Part shown: positions 24,271 to 34,130 of the stretch, one piece after another
Numbering within the stretch: position 1 is the first letter of the stretch
Layout of the letters: the number at the start of each line of letters is the position of its first letter
DNA from: Prorocentrum cordatum
Lineage: Eukaryota
Length of the DNA stretch: 53,464 bases
NCBI GenBank assembly: GCA_963575745.1
Contig: CAUYUJ010000315.1
Location: 62,001 to 115,464 of the forward strand
Direction of reading: 5' to 3'
The notes under the pieces: model-generated
Seen by the model: only the letters and a program-made list of their open reading frames with translations
Databases searched by the model: none
Told to the model about the DNA's origin: nothing
Made by a program: the position numbers and the translations under genes

Positions 24271-26534
24271 GGAAGGGGGTACCGCTCTCCTGCCCGTTGT
24301 GCCAGGCTGCTGGCAATCAGCCCGATGTCCCAAGCCTTCAAGTAGGAAGGGCCTTCCCAAAGAAGGAGGTAACCGTCCATGTACCGCACCTCGAGAAGCC
24401 ACACCACGTGGCCCAAGATCACGGTCTCATATACGCGGCCCCTGCATCCCAAGGGGGGGAGTTCAGGGCCATGCAAGGAGTAGTAGAAGGGAAGGTCGCG
24501 TAAAATTAGCGCCATCCGGGCAAGCGCTGAGCCCATGGGGCCCCCCATCGCCAGGCTCTCCACCTCCATCCCCACCAGCTCCCCCAGCATGAAAAAACCG
24601 GTGCAAAGGTGATGCCGTATAAGCACATCAATGTCATCAATAGTGATGGTCATGCACTGGCCGTGAACTCGGGATGGAGGCGCCCCTGCTGATGATGCTG
24701 CGCGCCTGCCGCGGCGCGCCACGCGGATAGCCTGGATCGACCCTTGCAGGGTAGATCGGTAGAAAGACCAAGCCCGAACGATGAGCTCGTGGGGCACGTT
24801 CGTGAAACAACTGACGACGTCGGAGCCGCATGCTCGGACCGGGGTCGATGGTCCGATCTCGGTAAACTCGCGGAGGAGCTCGATGACGGAGTCGGCCCTG
24901 TGGATGTCAATATGGGCATGCTGTGGGAGGTGGCAGGCCCCGACCCAGTCCAGCGCCCGAGCCGTTGGCGTGTCGAGGCATGCCGCAGGCCACGCCGAAC
25001 GGTTGACGACGGGTCGGCGGTCGTCTGGCTTCGCCCTTTTCTTGTTGGGGGCGCTTGCCCGGGCCATCTTCCAAGCCGATGGCCTGCTGATGCGCCTGGG
25101 CTGCAGTTCCGGCGAGAGCCCAGGAACGTCGGCTGCACGTAGCAGAACGGCCTCCGCAGTGAGGTCGGGGAAGTACCGGTAGTGCGGGCCCGCCCCGTCA
25201 GCCCCAAAAAGTTCATGGCATAGTAGCTGAACTCGCCGCGGGCACTCGGCGACCATTACCCGTCGCGTTTTCTGGAAGGTCTCAATGACGAGGCCCCTCA
25301 GGGAGCGCCGCATCTCGGCCACCTCCGCGTGCGTGATCGGTACAAAATCGAGGCTAGAGGGTGCAAGACCTGCCGCCCCGCAGTAGGTATCCGTCGCCCG
25401 CGCCGCCATCTGCTCCAGCGGCCCAGCGTCCATCCCCATCCCAATGGTCGCAGCCAGGCGTTTGGTGAGCTGGGTGAAACTCTTAAGCAGAATGCTGCGC
25501 TCAGGAACGATCGCAACGTGAGCAGGGGCCGTCCGTAGACGGGACTGGTCGTTATGCCGCGGCCATGTCTCCTGCGGGGCAAAAATGTGGAACTGCCCGT
25601 CCGGCGACTCGACCCGGGGAAGCGCCGGGAAGGCATCGCACAGGCACTCCCATGGTGCCGTCTCGTGAGGCCGTGCGTAGAAGCGCGGCGCATTGCGAAG
25701 TGCCCTGCCAAGCGCGGTGGCCGGACGTGGTGCCACGCCGATGCGAAGGTGGCGCAGCGCTGGCAGTAGCAGGCCGTAGCCGCGCGAACGGCAGTGGACA
25801 ACCATGTCTGATAGTAGTGAGCGTGCCGCCCGCCGGGCGTTCCTGCGTGGAAGCCATGGCAAGCGTACGTGAACCGACGCGCGGGGTCTTGGCCAGCCCC
25901 GGAAGCGCCGAACGCGGTCCAGGAAGATAAGCCCCATGCGACGCGGTGGCCCCTCCGCCACTCGGTGGACTCTGCTCCAGATGGCGTAAAACTCCGCCGG
26001 CGAGACCTTGAAGATATGCCGGCGGCACTGGCCAGACGTAGGTGAGCCGAGCGTGTTGCAGGCGCCGGCTGCCCACCAGCGGACCACATCAGCGCCCTTC
26101 TGCGCGCCGCTCCCTTCTCGTAGCGATTGGGGAGTGTCCTGAGCGAACTTGCGGTGCTGAGTTGGCCGCGCCGGAGGTGTGGGAGGGCAGTAGGTGTAGT
26201 ATTGGCGGGGCCGCCGCCCGCGTGGCCCCTGACTGTCCAGGAGTCGCTGTACGTATGGCTCATTCAGTGGAGGGTGCATCGTGTCTATGACGTGCCTTTC
26301 CAATGCCAAGAGCTCTGCGTCGTCCTGGGCGCGACCGATGGGCGTGAAGATTAGCGACGAAGAAGCCTTTGGGAGGTCGCCCCCAAAGAGAGCTGAGAGA
26401 AAGAGCATGTACGGTTGTGGCCTGTAGTTGCCTGGATAGAGTAGTCCCTGTAGGTGTCGGCGCACGCGGGCTTGGAAGTCGACCGTCTTGCCAACGTAGT
26501 AATGCTTATGCCAGGGACTCCATATTATGTACAC
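23928..26534 (-). CDS. PLE ORF2: GIY-YIG endonuclease + CxC..H linker + reverse transcriptase (catalytic YMDD appears as YMDG)
   Basis: VYIIW..YYVGKT..RVRRH..LE..I...HPPLNE; WECLC...FHIF; RPVVN; SDVVSCFTNVPH; LAMGGPMGSALA; RYMDG; LKFVGVDL. Confidence 0.88.
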   Translation of the reverse strand: MYIIWSPWHKHYYVGKTVDFQARVRRHLQGLLYPGNYRPQPYMLFLSALFGGDLPKASSSLIFTPIGRAQDDAELLALERHVIDTMHPPLNEPYVQRLLDSQGPRGRRPRQYYTYCPPTPPARPTQHRKFAQDTPQSLREGSGAQKGADVVRWWAAGACNTLGSPTSGQCRRHIFKVSPAEFYAIWSRVHRVAEGPPRRMGLIFLDRVRRFRGWPRPRASVHVRLPWLPRRNARRAARSLLSDMVVHCRSRGYGLLLPALRHLRIGVAPRPATALGRALRNAPRFYARPHETAPWECLCDAFPALPRVESPDGQFHIFAPQETWPRHNDQSRLRTAPAHVAIVPERSILLKSFTQLTKRLAATIGMGMDAGPLEQMAARATDTYCGAAGLAPSSLDFVPITHAEVAEMRRSLRGLVIETFQKTRRVMVAECPRRVQLLCHELFGADGAGPHYRYFPDLTAEAVLLRAADVPGLSPELQPRRISRPSAWKMARASAPNKKRAKPDDRRPVVNRSAWPAACLDTPTARALDWVGACHLPQHAHIDIHRADSVIELLREFTEIGPSTPVRACGSDVVSCFTNVPHELIVRAWSFYRSTLQGSIQAIRVARRGRRAASSAGAPPSRVHGQCMTITIDDIDVLIRHHLCTGFFMLGELVGMEVESLAMGGPMGSALARMALILRDLPFYYSLHGPELPPLGCRGRVYETVILGHVVWLLEVRYMDGYLLLWEGPSYLKAWDIGLIASSLAQRAGERYPLPLERDDSLKFVGVDLKLNVDGSVEACPSIGHLGGRGGAFEFEGFSPYYSFIPDSTKRGIILGIVARVAQYTFPDNLRSEALRAFRDHLTGVSGYSVSVFDSWAREGTRHWPPRL

Positions 26535-26869
26535 GACAAATTCAGCATGCAGGAGGTCCGGCGACGGTGGCCATTAGAGGATGGGAGTGAGGATGCAAGT
26601 GTGCGGAGCTTGCTGTAGAAGGCGGTGGTGGAGGACATCAGGAAGGGTGCGGTGAGAGCAATGCCCATGCGAATGAGTGCAAAAATGCATGGCCATACGA
26701 AGACATTCTCGGCGTACACGCTGTGGAGGGCATGGCGGACCAATGCCAGAGAGGTGATGTTGCAAAATCGGACCTCAGGGGTTCTGGAAATGCATGGCAC
26801 CCCGTCGTCGTGAAGATCCCAAACACCACCGCTTGCGCGGTGCGCTCCTGCGCGTGTACGGGAAGATAG

Positions 26870-28401
26870 TCAAATCTCTGTCGAACGCGTCTTGGCCATG
26901 ATGGCCGCCAGGAGCTGCGACAAGTCCCCCAATCGCTTCTCGTCGAAGCGAACGCCGAGCTCGGACGCCTTGTCCTTGAAGACCGCGAGGACCTTCGGGT
27001 CTGGCTTCTTCGACCGGCCCTTGGGCGCCACGATGGCATCGAGCGCCTTGCGGTAGACTGCAAAGCGTTGCCGATCCGACGCTGGGGAGTCCTCCGTCGG
27101 CACGGCCTCGTCCATGGCCCAGTCGATAGTCTTCGTGTTCCTGGCCTGGTGCACGCGGTCAGGCTTGAACTTTTTGATGTCGTCGAGCGTGTACTGGGTG
27201 ACCGTCTTCTGGGGTGCCCGACCCCCTCCTGAGAGTGCCCGGAGCGTGTGAGCCGACGCAGGCTGCGCCTCAGGGATCGCCTCCGTAGCCTCGACATGCG
27301 CCTGGCCCTGGCCCGCAAGAAGGGCGGCGACCGTGTGGGTCATGTTGGACAGGCACTCGCCTGACGTGGACTGCTCGGCTCGTTTGCACGGGCTCTGGGT
27401 CGAGATCCAAGCTAGGAGGACCGAGAACGAGAAGGTGTCCGAGTCGAGGGTCACGAACGGCACAATATTTTGCAGGTTGCGCCTGGCTTGCGCCCGCATG
27501 ATGTAGGGGCAATGCTCTTCGGCGTTCTGGGAGATCTCCCTCCGGGTCTTGGCGGTGCACAAGGAGATGCACCTGCGCATCATCTCGGCGTTGCATTTCT
27601 TGCGCTCATTGATGAAGTCCTCCGTGCCGAACGGGATGTCGGGCTTGTAGTCGGGGGGGAGGGCGTAAGCCGTCTCCAGAAGCTTAGATGCAACGGCGCC
27701 CCCCGAGAAGAGTAGCTCGCGGACCTCAATGTCGGACAGCTTTTGGATGGCACTCTTGGCGGCCTGCACCCCGCTCTCCGGCGCACCGACGTGGTTGGGT
27801 GGGTAAGCCTGGCCTTGCCCGTGGTCCCTGGTGGCTGGGAGGTCGCGGGGGCCACGGGGGTCCTGTTCCCGGCGCGGAGCCCGATCGAAGTACTGGGCAC
27901 CGTGGTGAGGATCATACTGCCGGCGGGATAGGCCAGCGGCAGGTGGGGCGACCGCGCCGCCGGCGATGCCTTCGGCGTCAGCCCGTGCGCCATCCTGGGG
28001 GCAGCCCCGATCGGCGAGGCAGGCGGTGGCTTCCTTGGGAGTCCGGGGCTTTGCGCAGGGCAGTCCCTGGCGAGGTGTCCGCGGATGCCACAGTTAGGGC
28101 AGAGCAGGCGGTCTGGTGAGAGGGGCCGGGTGGGGGCCTCATGGTGGCCACCCGTGGTCCGCGGCATGAGCCTGTGATGGTCACGTGCCCTGGACCTGGA
28201 CCTAGACCTATGATGGTCGCGGCCCATCCCCGCCGCGGGCCTGTGATGGCCCCGTGCGATGGGTTTGGACCTAGACCTATGATGGTCACGGCCCGACTTT
28301 GCCCTATGATGGGAAGGTTGGTCGCGGTAGAGGTCGTCACGGTAGCCCTTGGGGTCGAAGTCGCCCTTCGCCTGACGCTGCCCATGTCCACGGTCCGCCA
28401 T
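26870..28401 (-). CDS. PLE ORF1: R/S/H-rich N-terminus, CCHC zinc knuckle (CPNCGIRGHLARDC, 28060-28101), helical C-terminal region; one frameshift at ~27930-28050
   Basis: ATG at 28401 (MADRGHG); second frame open from 28093 to the TGA at 26870-26872. Confidence 0.65.
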
Positions 28402-28691
28402 GCTGCAAGCGAGTCTCCTGCGGCGCCGCTTGGGGGGGTCCTGTGAGCGAGGTAAGTCGGAAACCTGTACCCTTGGGCAGAAGAGGCGGTGGAGAGGGGA
28501 AGCGGGAGGGGAGGGGGAAGGAAGGGCGACAGAGGGGAGAAACAGAACAGGAGGGGGAGAGAACGAAGAACGAGCCAGGATGCAGGAGCAACGAGGCCCT
28601 CCCATTCCCTTTGAATTCAATGAGTTCTATGAATTCTATGACAGGCACTGGACGGCCGGCAGGGGACTGAGTCCCGTTCACGGCCCAATCA

Positions 28692-29654
28692 GGGAGAGCA
28701 TGCTACGCATGGAATGAATTGAGTAGAAGATGAGGTGTTGGATCCGTGAGTGGATCGGCCTAGACAGTATCATGGTCAGATGCTTTGATGCCTCCATTGA
28801 TTGTGGGTCGGCTATGATGCCAGCCAATGCCCACCCCGTCCCGTCTCCAGGGACTTCGCATCCCCCTTTGATGGCAGGATGGGGAGACGGTCCGCCACCC
28901 CCGGCACTGCACGTACTGTGCCGGGTTCGTGGGGATTTTGTTGAATTCTATGAGTGTCCCCTCCCTCCCCTCCCCGTCCCTCTACCTCCGCGCCTGGTCC
29001 TGTGAGTGGGAAGCCAAGTAACGTATACGCCGTTTTGACTCCGAGTCCCGGTGACGATCACAACCTGCAGAGCTTGCACGAGTTTGCACGAGTTAAGACC
29101 AAAGGGTTACCAGGTAAGGTCTGCAGGCGGGAGGTCTGGACCAAAGGGTTACCAACTAGACGTCTGAAGTGGGAGGTCTGGACCAAAACGTTACCGGTCA
29201 GAGCTAGCCCAAGGGTGAAAGGCAGGAGTGACGAGGGGTTAGGGCCTTTTCTGGCCGCGAGCCTCTACCAACCCAGTAAGTATATGTTGGGGCCTACCCA
29301 CCTCACATGCATCACAGCTGAGGTGGCCAGTGGCGCGTGCCTTCACGAGCCCAGCTGTCAAACACTGATACAGGGTAGCCCGAAACCCCCGTCAAGTGGC
29401 CCCGGAACGCGCGCAAGGCCTCGGAGCGCAAGTTGTCCGGAAAAGTGTACTGGGCCACGCGCGCCACGATGCCTAGGATGATACCCCGCTTCGTGCTGTC
29501 AGGGATGAAGCTGCAGTAGGGCGAGAAACCTTCAAACTCAAAGGCGCCGCCCCTGCCCCCAAGATGTCCGATCGAAGGGCATGCCGCCACGCTGCCGTCC
29601 ACGTTAAGCTCAAGGTCAACACCTACGAACTTGAGGCTATCATCTCGTTCGAGC
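28692..29654 (-). repeat. 5' pLTR (5'-truncated tandem copy of the PLE)
   Basis: Direct repeat of 23308-24270; 4-nt GAGC microhomology with the flanking 45-bp duplication at 29651-29721. Confidence 0.95.
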
Positions 29655-30188
29655 ACGCCCCGGGTCGCGTGCGCAATCGGCGGGCCCCGCCCCGGGAGCA
29701 CGCCCCGGGTCGCGTGCGCAACCGGGGGCTCCGCCGAACCCCGGGAACCTCTCCAGAGCACGTAGCGCCAGTCCTGGCTCGGCACCTGCGGGGGCATGAG
29801 CGGGCAGCGTGATTGCCAACAAAAAAGCGCCCCGTGGGGAAGCGTGAAAATGGCGCGCCAGCCACTCCGTAAACGGACGGTGCGACCTATTTTCTCCGAA
29901 ATGCGCACGCCAACGAAACGTGCAATTGCCCCAGACGCGGGTAAAACGGGGGGCAGGAAAGGGAGGGAGGGAAGGAGGGAGGGAGGGGGGGAGGGGGGAA
30001 CGCCACTGCCGAGCGCTGAAATCCGCGCCGTGCTTGGAAACAATGGCACGAGCCGTCGCGGGGAGACCGTCGCGTCCAGTGCGCGGCGCGCGGCCCCGGA
30101 GCGCTACGGCAGGTTTGCCAAAAAGTCCACGGCCTGAGACGCCAACCCCTGGGGGGGCCGCAAGCCCGCGGGGAGGCCGGGAACCGCC

Positions 30189-30240
<52 letters not shown>

Positions 30241-30261
30241 CGACCGACGACCGACGACGAC

Positions 30262-30293
<32 letters not shown>

Positions 30294-30558
30294 AACAACG
30301 ACGCCAACGACAGGGGAGGAGGGGAGAGGAAGGGAGAGGAGGGCAAGAGGAGAAGGGGGAAGGGGGGAGGAGAGGGAAAGGAGCGGTCCCCTGCCCCCCA
30401 AGGGCTTGAGGCCCCCAGGGGGGACGCGGGTGGCGCGCGGCTGACGTCGCTGCATAACCAGGCGGGCGGCCAGCATTCAAGGAGGAAAGGGAGGAGCTGA
30501 GGAGAGACGGAGAGGCGGGGATAGGAAGACGTGCTTGCAAAACTGCAAATCAACCCCA

Positions 30559-33430
30559 CTAACCTAGGGCTCGCTGGGAGGCAGGGTGCCCCCTAACGAG
30601 CTCGCGAACGCACTGGGGCAACGCCTCGCGCGCTGCTGGTCCAGCACCAACGCCGCCGTGCCGGGAAAGACGATGCACTTTGTACACAGCTGCGGTGCGC
30701 AACGCCTTGCGAACGAGAAGCCCTGGCTCAGCCGTCACGCGGCGGAGCGGCATGTCCAACAGCAAGAAGCAACTCGTGCAATCTCGGCGGGACCCCGGGC
30801 GGCGGAGCCCCAGCGAGGTCTGCGCAAACCGCCGCGCGGTTGGGCACGCCGCGTAGTGCTCGATGGAATCTGGGGCAGCGGAACCGCGGAATATGCATAG
30901 GTCCAGATGATGGCATCGACCTTGCATGCGTCGATATGAAGCCCACCCATTCCACAAAGAGCACCAGACAGCCGCCCATGTGCGAGGAGTGACCCGCGCT
31001 CCGAGCTCGCTGAGGGCCGCGAGGCAGCGCTCCGCCCGGCAGCGGGGGAATTGAGAGACGTCCCACACTATGAGTTTGTGACGAGTGCGCCACTCCATTC
31101 GGGACTAGACACCCCTGGGCAAGGTGGCGAGGGCGGCCCGCTGAAAACCACGTCGCGCTGCGGCTGCCGTGCTGCTGCAAAAGGGGCGGAGCTCGCCGCG
31201 CGCCAGCTCGCCTTCCGAGGCTTCGGGGCGAATCCCACTGGCCGCGAAGTGCGCCGCCGCGGCCTCGAGATGAAAGACGAACGATCGCTGAAACCACGAC
31301 GGCCAACGCGCAATGCGATCCAAGTGCTCCGTATCCCGCATGCACAAGCGCAGCTCACGCGACCGCTCGGCCACGCGAAGGCCGTCGGGCTGGCCTTCCT
31401 GGTGCGCCACCCGGAAGCGGCAGGCCAGCGAGAGCCTCGCAGCGTCGGGGAAGTCCTTCGTGAAGCCGAACCCCCGCAAATCGTGTAGATCTGCAGGAGT
31501 GCACCAGAATCCAGGGCCAGGGACGAGAGCTCGGAGAGCCGCAGCTTCGGTTTGCCCCCACGCAGGCGGCAAGTTGCCCAGTTGCAACAAGAACGCAATA
31601 ACCGGGATAATGTACACGCTGTACGCCAACGCGGTAAGGAGTAGTCCGCCTCCCGCGGCACCCCAATCCCGAGAGCGTTCGAGGACCTTCTTGAGCGGCT
31701 TCGTGAAGGCGAGATCGCCGCGTTCTGGGCCGAGTACAAATCCCAAGTGCTTCGCATGCAGCTCCACCTTGATGCCTGCCCACGCCGCGAAGCGCTCGGA
31801 TACAAATCTGGCCAGAAGAGTTGTGCTTGAGGTGAGAACGGCACGATCACCGTCTTCGGCAAGTTTAGCCGAAGGCCAGATATGCGTGAGAACTCCTCGG
31901 AGACCCCGACCAGCGTCGGAAACGCCGCAATGCCCGAGGGGAGCACAACGGCAACGTCGCCCGCGCAGGCGCGCACAATCGCCCCCGGCACGAGGCGCTG
32001 TATTCGACGAAGCAAGACATCAACAGCAGCTGCGAAAAGAAGGAGCGAAAGAGGGCAACCTTGTCGTATACCTGCCAAAAGCTCGAAGCCGTCGTGCTCC
32101 CTGCCGCCCACTACCAGCGTGCACTTGTTGTGCGCGTACAGCGCTGCCTCGAAGTTGAGGACCCACTGAGGCAGGCCAACGGCAGCGAGGGCCTCTCGCA
32201 GAAATGCATGGGCTACGCTGGGAAACGCAGCCTTGAAGTCGAAGGAGACTGCCAGGCCAGCGTCGTCGCGAAGAGCCGTCTGCATCACGGCGAGGTCAAC
32301 ATCAACAACGTTCGCAAGCATCGAGCGGCCGCCGACGAACCCGCGCTGGCAGCTGCAGATCCACGAGGCCAGCGGAGGCTCGATTCTGAGCCGGATGGCG
32401 TTGGCGAGGAGTCACTGTCTACGATGTTCAAAGGGCGGGTGTCCAGGGTCGTAGTATTCTCCAACGTCTGCATCTGTCCCAGTAGGCGCCTTGGGCAGAA
32501 ACACCATCAAGCTGCTGTTGAAACCGGTGGACACGTCGGATCCACGGAGGAAGTCGCCCAGAGCTGGAGAGCCAGGGTCCGTCGCCACGCGTTGAAGAAC
32601 CTTGAACAAAATGTCCACGGCCACTGGGCCCAACAGTCTCCAGGACAATAAGGGAATTCCATCCGGCCCAGGCGCGGAGTCTGGAGATGAATCCAGAGCT
32701 GCTTGCACATCGCCCTGGCGGGGCTGCCGCGCCTGATCTCCTGGCGGGGGGAGACCGTCGGAAGTTGCGTCTTCCTGTAGCCACCGCCTCAGCGCCTGGC
32801 GATCCACCCGGCACGACGCAAACGTAGCCGACCAGTGACTACGAAGAGCATCCGCCATCGCCTCTGGGTCCGTGACGACCTCGCCGCGGGCGTTCCGCAC
32901 AGCAGGCAACGACGTCGGCCTGCCCGGGGAGAGTCCACGAAGCATCTGGAACAATCGATCTCGTCTGTGGCCCCGCGTGGGGTCCGCAGCAGCAGCCCCG
33001 GACAGCTCCGCAAGTTGCCCGACGGCGGCTTCGCGCGCCAGGCCCACGGCGCGCTGGCGGAACGGACCGAGACCGGCGCCCCGGAGACGCAGCAGAGCCA
33101 TTGGGTCAGCAACCAAGGTCTGCAAATGCGGGTACAGCCGCAGACATCGACGCATCTGGCCTGCGCGGCCATCTTCAACCGCCCGTGCAAACCGCACCGC
33201 GAGCCCAACTTTGTCGTCAACCTCTGGCGGGGCCACGCCGGCCCGATCCCTCCCGGCAGCCATGCGGTCCGACACTGTCCGAATAGCCTGCTTCAACAAC
33301 TGCAAGCAGCGCAAGGGGCACGACGGTTCGGCATCCTGCCCGACGAGCTCGTGGAACTCCTCCGCCACCCGGCCAGGCCACGCAGGACCACGAAGCAGGT
33401 GAGCAGGCACTGGACGAGGCTCGTCTCGTT
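30559..33430 (-). pseudogene. LINE ORF2 linker + RT + C-terminal zinc-knuckle region, several frameshifts
   Basis: SAPGPDGIP; VFLPK; RPLNIVD; QRGFVGGRSM; FDFKAAFPSV; GIRQGCPLS; CAGD (decayed YADD); GLRLNLPKT; KHLG; DSIEHYAAC. Confidence 0.88.
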
Positions 33431-34130
33431 CACGGGCAGGGCGAAGACGTCCAACAGTTCGCTGTTGGTCGAGCTCACTTCGCCGGCCACTCTCCACGCT
33501 GTTTGGCATCTCTGCGAGGAGGCCGTCAACACCAAGGCCAAGATGGTGACAATCCGCACCGCCGTCGACACAGAGCAATGGCGGGAAGTGATGAACCAGA
33601 CGATCACGGACGACGCCGCCAGCGCCATCTTGAGGGTCCGTTATCGCCCTTCTCGGCGGGGCGGCCGGCTGTGGGCTTCGCCCTCCGCTACTCCTCAGCA
33701 GCTCGCGGCCCTCTGCCGCAAAGGCGCCGGGTCGAGCCAGCAGCCCAGTGGGCATACGGTCTCAACGTTGACAGTCAATGGCTTCCTTGGGCACGATCCA
33801 GCTCGTATCATCAGGGGTCTCATGGCGGTGATTCGGGACCGCTCGGGCGTGAACTTGAGGGGGCAGAGCGCGGGGGGCGAGCTGATCAACAGCTGGCGAC
33901 GGGTGGCGGACGTCGACCCCTCTGCGCACCCAGGCCAGGTTCGATTGTAGATCGCTTCATTAAACGACGCCCAGGCGGTCCTTGATGATGTCAACGGTCG
34001 CGCCGTGCAGCTGGGTACGGATCTGGTCAGCGTCAGCATCACCAACGACGAAATCGAGACGCAGCAAGGAAACGTCCATCGGGGGCGGGGTCGCCGGGGC
34101 CCTGTCCCCGGGGAGCGACGCCCGGCTTGA
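33430..34130 (+). pseudogene. C-terminal part of LINE ORF1 (inverted segment), one internal TAG at 33948-33950
   Basis: Protein-like frame (SLLVELTSPATLHAVW...VSVSITNDEIETQQGN) directly upstream of the APE ORF. Confidence 0.6.

Larger units (their letters stand above)
23308..29654 (-). mobile_element. Penelope-like retroelement (Chlamys/Naiad-type, N-terminal GIY-YIG): 5384-bp unit plus 963-bp partial-tandem pLTR
   Basis: Direct repeats 23308-24270 and 28692-29654 contain the RT C-terminus and 3' UTR; GIY-YIG followed by PLE-type RT between them. Confidence 0.88.

Noticed and set aside
23308..29654. 963-bp direct repeats as true LTRs of an LTR retrotransposon
   Set aside because: The repeats include RT coding sequence and lack TG..CA ends and a PBS; no integrase, protease or RNase H; the RT is PLE-type
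21590..29680. Target-site duplication around the RdRp-PLE block (GTCGCATG vs GTCGCGTG)
   Set aside because: Short, imperfect and not positioned at the junctions; no TSD can be supported
32835..33755. Overlapping opposite-strand ORFs as genuine bidirectional genes
   Set aside because: Explained by frames running across the LINE inversion junction at ~33430
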